Part shown: in pieces, positions 50,161 to 57,622 of the stretch
How the letters are laid out: the number at the start of each line of letters is the position of its first letter
Numbering within the stretch: the stretch's first letter is position 1
NCBI GenBank assembly: GCA_027315405.1
Contig: DAHUYB010000087.1
Location: 9,672-73,671, forward strand
Direction of reading: 5' to 3'
DNA: 64,000 nucleotides
Origin: Gammaproteobacteria bacterium
Lineage (GTDB): Bacteria > Pseudomonadota > Gammaproteobacteria > Natronospirales > REEB76
Made by a program: the position numbers and the translations under genes
Notes under the pieces: generated by a model
The model's database searches: none
Told to the model about the DNA's origin: nothing
Seen by the model: only the letters and a program-made list of their open reading frames with translations

Positions 50161-51393
50161 TCATGATGCATCAATTCGAGATGATGAAGACCTCATAAGG
50201 GCGTGTGAAAAGCTCCCTGCGTTCAACAGCACCGCCAGACACAACATCGCTGCGGAACGCATTGCTGCACGCCATTGATGGGTGTGCAGTGATCGCTGTA
50301 ATGTCCAAAAGATGCCACGCGCTATTGAAGGTGCTAACGATTTTGCACCGGTAGCTTTAAGTGTAAAGCTAAGATTTATGATCAGGGAGTATGGACGCGG
50401 TAGCCTCCAGGGGCCAATATCCAAGGCCTTCGATAAGATGGATTTAACCTGGCTTGTAGGTTGTTCAATTTCGTTCAGGCGATCGAGCCCGTCTTTCATA
50501 TCCATCATTGCCTCATTCGTAAGTCCTTGCCGAAACATGATGCAGCTTCTTTGAAGTAAAGCCAGCCCATGCTCAGTTTCAGTCAGGACTGGTAGGTCTG
50601 TTCCTGGTTCATGGGGAAGATAAATTGCCAGGGGACACTCATCTCTTACCAAACGAAATATCCGTTGCTGATACTGTAATTGTATCGCTGATCTTTGATG
50701 GACGCTGTGAACCTTCATCGTTGGTCCTCGAGGGCCTGGATGGTCACGTAATACAAATGTCGGTTTTTGAATATTAAGCGCTTTGAAGCGCCGTGCCAGC
50801 CTAAGTAGCATTTCACTATCCTGGGCCCTCAGCAACGTTGGGTTGAAAGGTCCTGCTTCAGCGAAACAGCGTTTTGGAATTAACATGCCCTGGAACAAGG
50901 TATTGATGCCTTCCATGCTTCGGATTAGAAACAAATCCACGGGCCACGCAGGTATAGTTTTTAAACTCCATTTGTCCTGCTGCCAGATGTCGCTCGTACC
51001 CGAATATACATAGTTAGTGCTATAAGAAAAGTCTGTCTCTGAATGGGCGGTAAGGAAATCTATGTGGCTTTGAAGGGCATCCGGCAACGCCACGTCATCG
51101 TCATCGAATATCCAGATATGGGAACTCTGAGCCAGTGGGATTCCTAAATTTAGTGCAGAGGATTTACCACGATTTTCGGTCCTGTAATAACGAATCTGTT
51201 TGTTGTAGTGTTCCGCAACTTCGGCAGTTTCATCAGTCGAACCATCATCCACGACGATGATTTCATCGGGGGGGCGAGTCTGATGCAAGAGGCTATCCAA
51301 TGCCTGCGGCAGATAGTGAGCGCGGTTGTAGGTCGCGATAACAACCGACACGCTGATAGCAATTGTTTTTGGGCTTGAGCGATTAGCCATCAT
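50161..51393 (-). CDS. glycosyltransferase family 2 (only minus-strand gene of the locus)
   Basis: ...VSVVIATYNRAHYLPQALDSLLHQTRPPDEIIVVDDGSTDET... and ...IWIFDDDDV.... It is convergent with the preceding GT2, leaving a 10-nt gap. Confidence 0.88.
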   Translation of the reverse strand: MMANRSSPKTIAISVSVVIATYNRAHYLPQALDSLLHQTRPPDEIIVVDDGSTDETAEVAEHYNKQIRYYRTENRGKSSALNLGIPLAQSSHIWIFDDDDVALPDALQSHIDFLTAHSETDFSYSTNYVYSGTSDIWQQDKWSLKTIPAWPVDLFLIRSMEGINTLFQGMLIPKRCFAEAGPFNPTLLRAQDSEMLLRLARRFKALNIQKPTFVLRDHPGPRGPTMKVHSVHQRSAIQLQYQQRIFRLVRDECPLAIYLPHEPGTDLPVLTETEHGLALLQRSCIMFRQGLTNEAMMDMKDGLDRLNEIEQPTSQVKSILSKALDIGPWRLPRPYSLIINLSFTLKATGAKSLAPSIARGIFWTLQRSLHTHQWRAAMRSAAMLCLAVLLNAGSFSHALMRSSSSRIDAS

Positions 51394-51566
51394 TGCGTAT
51401 TAAATTGTAGCGGTAGCTTATGCTAACGTATGATTATAATGTACATTAGCAGTTACTGACTCAGCACAAGATTACAGGAATGGAACTGCATTACATGTTG
51501 TGTAAACAACAGTTGCCGCCCTATGAAAGGGCATCGTTTAATTGATATTCAATCAAGCCCGATATT

Positions 51567-52427
51567 ATGATCCCTGCTATCCAATATTTTAACCTTCCAG
51601 CCGAACTCTTAACATCAGAAATTGAGGAAGAATTCTTTTCTTCGTTGAAATTACGCAATGGGACGTATAAAACGACTTTTCAGAAACGCTTCTCAGATAT
51701 AAATAAGCAGATCCTAGTACTGCTGAAAACTACTGATATAAAAGTAGATAATATACTGGATATTGGCATCTCTTCAGGGATAAGTACACTTGAACTGGTT
51801 GAGGACTTAAATTCAGCGGGCTATACAAATCATATCGTCGGTACGGATTTGCTAATGGACGCTTATATCGTGCATATATTTCCAGGTTGTTATGCACTTG
51901 TAGATAACACCGGCTATCCACTAAGATTTGATTTGTTCAAATGGAGTATCAAACCCTGGATTATAAGAACAGACTATCATAATGGTTTCTTCATTTTCCG
52001 TAAATTCATCAATCTTATATTTGTATATCGCGCAAAGAATCTGATTGCCAAATCCAAGCATGCGGATGTCCAGAAGGTGAAACTTATCACACCAAAGCTA
52101 TTAAGTCACACTAATGTGGTTATTCAGATGGGTGATATAACTAAATTTAATTATTCGTATAGAGAAAAGTTCAATTTCATAAGGGCTGCAAATATATTGA
52201 ACGTGAGTTATTTTACGAAGGCGGAATTAGTCGCAATAATTAACAATATTAAACATTATTTTACGAAGCCAAGTGGAACTTTATTGGTAGTGCGCACCCA
52301 TGAAGACGGGAGCAACCATGGCAGCTTGTTTAATATTGCTAACCATAGCAAGTGTGAAGTTATTGGGCGATTTGGAGCGGGTTCAGAGATAGAAGATATT
52401 GTACTTGCGTCAATAAATAAGCACTGA
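51567..52427 (+). CDS. putative class I SAM-dependent methyltransferase
   Basis: 286 aa in very AT-rich DNA. Motif I-like is NILDIGISSGISTLEL, the acidic end of beta-2 is IVGTDL, and later blocks are FIRAANILNV and GTLLVV. The assignment rests on motif resemblance only. Confidence 0.55.
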   Translation: MIPAIQYFNLPAELLTSEIEEEFFSSLKLRNGTYKTTFQKRFSDINKQILVLLKTTDIKVDNILDIGISSGISTLELVEDLNSAGYTNHIVGTDLLMDAYIVHIFPGCYALVDNTGYPLRFDLFKWSIKPWIIRTDYHNGFFIFRKFINLIFVYRAKNLIAKSKHADVQKVKLITPKLLSHTNVVIQMGDITKFNYSYREKFNFIRAANILNVSYFTKAELVAIINNIKHYFTKPSGTLLVVRTHEDGSNHGSLFNIANHSKCEVIGRFGAGSEIEDIVLASINKH

Positions 52428-52548
52428 CAAATTTTATTTAACCTTACATTCCCAAGGTGAATATGAACGGATTGGAAGCGCGGATTATAGATTCCCTTGG
52501 TTAAAGCCGGTGGAATCTATAAAGATGCATTAGTATTCGGAGACTGAA

Positions 52549-53199
52549 ATGCAAGCAGATGTCCATTCTAGGCAACTGATTATCGGATGTGGAACAGGTA
52601 GATGTGGCACTGTATCTTTGATGCAGTTTTTGAATAGCCAAGTGGATGTTTCCATACTCCATGAAGGGCTGACCGCCGATAAAATCCACCACCTCATCCC
52701 ATGGTATAAAGGGGAAACTCAGCTGTGGTCTTGGATGATTGAACTTGAGAAATTGTCAAACGGAGCAAGATGGTACGGGGATATCGGTTTTTACTATCTC
52801 CCTTATCTTCCGAAGATATTTGACCGTTATCCAAAATCACGTGCCATCTGCCTCGAACGGCGCAAGAAGGCAGTGATCCAAAGTTTCCTTAAAAAAACGA
52901 CTGGAAGGAATCACTGGTACATGCATAAGGGCGTAGGTTGGAAAGAGGATGATGAATGGGATAACACTTTTCCTTACTATGCAGAGCTGAACAAATCCAA
53001 GGCCATTGGTTTATATTGGGAGCAATATCACAGTACAGCTTTGGAATATTGCGCACTGTTTCCGGATCAGTTTATGTTGGTGCCTACATCGGCACTGAAT
53101 ACGACAAAGGGCCGACTGAAGATATTAGGGTTTATCGGCTACGATAGAGAAGCCATGCTTGATGGGCAGTTCCGAGCGAATAACATCCGCCCTAAATGA
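52549..53199 (+). CDS. hypothetical protein, possibly a divergent sulfotransferase-fold enzyme (ST3-like)
   Basis: 216 aa. The N-terminal P-loop-like segment LIIGCGTGRCGTVSLMQFL sits where the PSB loop would be. AICLERRKKAVIQSF resembles an R-x7-S 3'-PB segment. The similarity is weak and motif-level only. Confidence 0.45.
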   Translation: MQADVHSRQLIIGCGTGRCGTVSLMQFLNSQVDVSILHEGLTADKIHHLIPWYKGETQLWSWMIELEKLSNGARWYGDIGFYYLPYLPKIFDRYPKSRAICLERRKKAVIQSFLKKTTGRNHWYMHKGVGWKEDDEWDNTFPYYAELNKSKAIGLYWEQYHSTALEYCALFPDQFMLVPTSALNTTKGRLKILGFIGYDREAMLDGQFRANNIRPK

Positions 53200-53306
53200 T
53201 GGGGCTTGATTGTTTATGGTCTTGAAGATTACGGAATTCTTAAGGTGGTCCACCTGATATCTGATCGTGGTGCTATGTCAGATTTGATACTCATTCGGGA
53301 TATGAA

Positions 53307-53996
53307 ATGATATTGCTGATCACGCAAGTGATGATATTGTGTTTTCTAATTATTTCTGTAGCGCTTTGGGGAGGGTATTTTCCTCATCCTTCCCCCTTAA
53401 TTCGACGTTGGTTGCCGCCACGTAAGCGCTGGCCTGAAGCGCAGATTCGGCGATGGCTGAAGACGGGGAAATTTCAGCGGGCATTTCTGAATTATTTTTA
53501 TCGTGATCCAGAGCGCACACCACCTCTCGGCAACAGCATTCTCGCTCCCGCTGACGGGGCGGTAACTAGTGTTGAGGTGCGCGACGGAGTGCGCTATCTG
53601 GTGATTGCACTCAGTTTCTGGGACATGCATGTACAACGCAGCCCCGTGTCCGGCAGAGTGGTCAAAGTGGAGTCACATGGAAGTGATTTTATGGACGGCG
53701 AAGGACGGAAATTCGCTTTTCTCAGAGAGAAACCCTGCCCGGTACAGAAGCGTGTGGTTATTGCCACGAGTGTGGGAGAAATTGCGGTGCGGCTGATTAC
53801 CAGTCTTGCAGCGCGTCGTATTGAAGTCTGGGTGCGGGAAGGGGGGAGACTTGTGCGTGGACAGAGAATCGGCCGGATTTTGCTGGGCAGCACCGTGGTG
53901 CTTGAGCTACCTGCAACCATAAACCTTAGCGTACAAGTGGGTGAGCGTGTTAAAGCGGGTGAAACCGTTGTTGCACAGGAAATGATCTCAGTATGA
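53307..53996 (+). CDS. phosphatidylserine decarboxylase family protein (short, membrane-anchored type)
   Basis: 229 aa with an N-terminal TM segment. ...ILAPADGAVTSVE..., ...WDMHVQRSPVSGRV... and ...GQRIGRILLGSTVVLELP... are present. The last contains the LGST self-cleavage motif of pyruvoyl PSDs. Confidence 0.75.
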   Translation: MILLITQVMILCFLIISVALWGGYFPHPSPLIRRWLPPRKRWPEAQIRRWLKTGKFQRAFLNYFYRDPERTPPLGNSILAPADGAVTSVEVRDGVRYLVIALSFWDMHVQRSPVSGRVVKVESHGSDFMDGEGRKFAFLREKPCPVQKRVVIATSVGEIAVRLITSLAARRIEVWVREGGRLVRGQRIGRILLGSTVVLELPATINLSVQVGERVKAGETVVAQEMISV

Positions 53997-54196
53997 ACGC
54001 ATTCTGGTGGACATCCGGGCATCTGGGTTGGGGCATTTTTGCACTGATCGCGTTTACGGGAATATGGTGGTTGTTGTTCGATTTGTGCTGGCGCTTGGTT
54101 ACCATCAGGATAAACCGGCTCTTGACCGTGATGGGCATAGGATGGTTGGTTGGCGTTGCCTGTATTTTACTGGGTTTCTATGTGGCTGGCTGGTAA
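53993..54196 (+). CDS. small two-TM membrane protein, translationally coupled to the PSD-like gene
   Basis: ATGA overlap with the upstream gene. 67 aa, Trp-rich, with two hydrophobic helices: GWGIFALIAFTGIWWLLF and VMGIGWLVGVACILLGFYVAGW. Confidence 0.6.
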   Translation: MNAFWWTSGHLGWGIFALIAFTGIWWLLFDLCWRLVTIRINRLLTVMGIGWLVGVACILLGFYVAGW

Positions 54197-54427
54197 AACC
54201 GGAAGTTCAGCAAGCCCGGTAAACCGGATTTCCCTGAATTAAAAAACCGCGCTCTGGCGGCAATCAGTCAGTGCGACCGCCCATCGTGAAAAATACGCCG
54301 TTCATCCATTCAAATGCAAAACCTTTAGTGTAGAAACTATACTCCAGCCTCGATACGCGGATTAAATAACAACGATTATCTGTAATTCATTGGTTTATCA
54401 ATATGTATATGCTGTCAGGAGATAACG

Positions 54428-57073
54428 TTGAAGTCAGCACTGTGTCTACCGTTCGATTTCGCCTGGCTGTCTTGGCGAGCCCTGGGTCGGGACAGCCTGA
54501 TACACGGCAAGAGGGCTGGCGGAAATTCTCTTGATTTCCCCAAAATAGCCAGGTTGCCGTTGACGGGGTTATCCATTGTATGTGTGTGTGCTGGCGCGGC
54601 GCTCACGATAGGTGTTGCGCAAGCCGGCACGCTGCTAGTCACCAATAACCTCATCAATGAGGGCTCACAAGCGCAGGCTAATGTTCCGGTTACCTTCGGG
54701 CAGATTTTCAAGGGCGGTGATGTGCCTGCCGGCGAGACACTCAGTGCGACATTAGGCGGTCAGCCTATCCAGTTGCAGATTGATACCAAAGCCACCAACC
54801 CGGACGGCAGTCTGCGCCATGCGGTATTGACGGCGCTAGTTCCCTCGATCTCCGGTAATTCCACCGCGCCGCTTGCCTTGTCCACCGCAGCACCTTCGAC
54901 GCCAGGCTCTCCAGTTACGCTTACCCAATTGCTTGCCACCTCGTTTGACGCCACCGTGGATATCAATATCGGCGGGACGGATTACACTGCAAGTGCGAAA
55001 CAGTTGCTACAGGCGAACCAAGCTGCCTGTGCTCCCTGGAACACCGCTTGCAATGTGTGGCTCTCCGGCCCCTTGGTCAGCGAGTGGATTGTGGGCGGGC
55101 CGGTGAAAAGCTCGGGAGGCACAGCGAACCCCAACCTCCAGGTCTATTTTGATGTACGAGCTTATGCGGGGAACCCCATCAATCGGGTGCGTGTGAATGT
55201 GGTCATCGAGAACGACTGGGCGTATACGCCGCAGACAAGTATTACTTATAACGCTACCCTGACATCAGGGTCGGATACCTACACCATCAGCAACCTCACC
55301 CACTATGCCTATGCCCGCTGGCATCACGTGCTGTGGTGGAACGGCAGCAATCCTGACATTTATGTCCAGCAGGACACCCAGTACATTCAATCCACCGGGG
55401 CAGTTTCGCGCTACGAGGTGCTGACTCCGGACAACTCTTTCCTGAGCAATCGTATCCAGTCGTGCTTACCTATGCAGCATTGTGACCAGACCTTGACCAT
55501 GGGTAATACCGGCGCGCAGGACGGCATTGGACCTCTGCCGCGCTGGACCTCGACCTATATCGTTGATCCGGATTATCGCGCCTATAATTGGATGCTCGCC
55601 GACGACGATGCCATTGGAGCCTATTCCGTGCATTACCGGGATCAGGCAACAGGGTTGCCGCTCAGCATTATCAAACATCCGTATGTGACTACCGCTGCCT
55701 GGAACTATGCCAATTCCGTAGCGAAACAAAATCCCACTACTTGGGGTAAAGATCTGCTGCCGAATTGCAACAGTAGTAGTGCGAATTACTGCGTGAACAA
55801 TCCCGACCAGTTCGACAACGCCCATCACCCCTCAGTTGCGTTTGTTTCTTACATGGTTACCGGGGATTACTACTATCTTGAAGAAATGCAATATGTAGCT
55901 TCCTACCTGGAGCTGTGGGCCAACCCACCCTATCGTGGCTATTCACAGGGGTTGGTTTATGCCGCCGAGGAACAGACTCGCGGTAAGGCGTGGACAATGC
56001 GCAGCATCGGCGATGCCGCTTACCTTACCCCGGACGCTGACCCCATGAAAGCCGAGTTCACCGCGGATATCAACAATGCGGTTGCGGATTTCATTGCGCA
56101 GACGGCTAACAATCCAAACGCCAATCCACTTGGCCTGGTGTCGAATTATTTCTACTCCGTTAACGGAGGCACCAATAATGGTGCGGCGCCCTGGCAGGAC
56201 GATTTCTTGACTTGGGCGGCTGGCCATTTGGCGGAACAAGGTGTTCCGGGCGCCAGTACCCTGCTGAATTGGAAGGCGCAATTCCAGATTGGCCTGATGA
56301 CTGACTGGTTCAATAATCCGACTCAGGGATATTGCTGGTTGGAGGCTTCCGCCTATTCACCACAGTTCAAGGATTCGTCGGGGAATTTCTTACCAACATT
56401 TACGGCTGTGTACCAGGTCAATTTCCCGACCTTGTATGGACTGACATGCAACAGTCCGCAAATGGTGACCGCCATGGGCTTACTCGAACATGCTACATGG
56501 CAGGCGGGAGAGATGCACGGCTATCCTAATTCAGCTACCGGATTCCCGGCCAACCTGCAGATCGGACTAGCCGCGGCTGCGGCCAGCAATTTGCCGAACG
56601 CTCAGCAGGCCTGGCAGACTTTCCAGGGCCGGAGCATCCAGCCGACCCCTCCCAACAGCTATAACGACTACCCTAATTTTGCCGTCCTACCCCGTTACTT
56701 GCCGGCGGTCCCCATCGTAAATCTCTATGCCAGCCCCAATCCGGTGGCGGCGGCGGGAGATACCACTACCCTGTACTGGAATGCCAGCAATGCCACCAGT
56801 TGTTCGGCCCCCTGGACCGGCAGTACCGCGACTTCGGGTCAGATGACCGTGACGGTTAGCGCGAATGCTGCCTTCCCGATCACCTGCACCGGACCGAATG
56901 GCTCCACCAACGACCCCGTGAGCGTTTCCATTGGCAGCGGCACGACGACGACGCCCCCCCCACCTCCGGCCACGTCCCCACCCGCGGCAGGGGCGGGAGG
57001 CGGCGCCATGAGTTGGTTGGCCCTGGTGTTCCTGATGACCGTGGCTGGGTGGGCAAGGGCAAAGCGCCGCTGA
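54428..57073 (+). CDS. large secreted protein of unrecognised family ('LpB'), paralog of 44344-46470, with extra Ig-like domain, Pro/Thr linker and C-terminal sorting signal
   Basis: TTG 54428 lies 7 nt after AGGAG. The signal-like segment is ...LPLTGLSIVCVCAGAALTIGVAQA/GT. The C-terminus reads ...TTTTPPPPPATSPPAAGAGGGAMSWLALVFLMTVAGWARAKRR. The start codon is uncertain. Confidence 0.8.
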   Translation: MKSALCLPFDFAWLSWRALGRDSLIHGKRAGGNSLDFPKIARLPLTGLSIVCVCAGAALTIGVAQAGTLLVTNNLINEGSQAQANVPVTFGQIFKGGDVPAGETLSATLGGQPIQLQIDTKATNPDGSLRHAVLTALVPSISGNSTAPLALSTAAPSTPGSPVTLTQLLATSFDATVDINIGGTDYTASAKQLLQANQAACAPWNTACNVWLSGPLVSEWIVGGPVKSSGGTANPNLQVYFDVRAYAGNPINRVRVNVVIENDWAYTPQTSITYNATLTSGSDTYTISNLTHYAYARWHHVLWWNGSNPDIYVQQDTQYIQSTGAVSRYEVLTPDNSFLSNRIQSCLPMQHCDQTLTMGNTGAQDGIGPLPRWTSTYIVDPDYRAYNWMLADDDAIGAYSVHYRDQATGLPLSIIKHPYVTTAAWNYANSVAKQNPTTWGKDLLPNCNSSSANYCVNNPDQFDNAHHPSVAFVSYMVTGDYYYLEEMQYVASYLELWANPPYRGYSQGLVYAAEEQTRGKAWTMRSIGDAAYLTPDADPMKAEFTADINNAVADFIAQTANNPNANPLGLVSNYFYSVNGGTNNGAAPWQDDFLTWAAGHLAEQGVPGASTLLNWKAQFQIGLMTDWFNNPTQGYCWLEASAYSPQFKDSSGNFLPTFTAVYQVNFPTLYGLTCNSPQMVTAMGLLEHATWQAGEMHGYPNSATGFPANLQIGLAAAAASNLPNAQQAWQTFQGRSIQPTPPNSYNDYPNFAVLPRYLPAVPIVNLYASPNPVAAAGDTTTLYWNASNATSCSAPWTGSTATSGQMTVTVSANAAFPITCTGPNGSTNDPVSVSIGSGTTTTPPPPPATSPPAAGAGGGAMSWLALVFLMTVAGWARAKRR

Positions 57074-57622
57074 ATCCGCCCGTTTGCGTTACCTGAACTG
57101 GCACAAATTAGCGGTTCATTTCCTTGGCGAGGTTGTGGTATGGCATGAAATACCCGCTCAGTCCCGCTGAAATAAGCAGGCACCGCGTGCAAACTGCCGG
57201 CCCATCATAACAACCTGCTGGAAGGGCAATCCCGACTTGCCGTCACGGCCTTAAGCTCATACGGATACCTTACGCAGCGATACTGCTTCCGGCAGGACGC
57301 AACGCTATCGTCGCATCCTCCATACCAACCTCCGTTAAAGTGCACCTTGCACCGCAGACTCGGTGCTGCTTACGCCCGCCGCGGCTACCGCGAGCGATCC
57401 TTGGAGTTCCTAAAGGAGACTCCTCGCCTCGGGCTTGCCCTTCCTTAGAAGACCCCTCATTTTTTGGCCTGTATCGTGAACTGGATCCGCTTCCTGAACC
57501 CCGCCTCACCAGCCGGGCTCCAGGTCTCGCGGGCTCCACGCGTCCGGGAGCGGTAATCCATAATATGTTTGGGTACCTCTGGTACACTGAACATAATATC
57601 TACCAAGGTGAAACACATCGCC

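Noticed and set aside
53244-53256. Short palindrome AGGTGG-T-CCACCT upstream of the PSD-like gene
   Set aside because: At 6-bp arms it is short enough to occur by chance, and no second copy or associated regulator was seen.
57230-57560. Local resemblances to SRP RNA (ccggaagcag on the minus strand), RNase P RNA (ccgggctcca) and the c-di-GMP-I riboswitch (gggcaa ... gacgcaa)
   Set aside because: The matches are 8-10 nt only, with wrong spacing and none of the flanking conserved helices. They do not support calling a known RNA family; the region is reported only as an unexplained structured gap.
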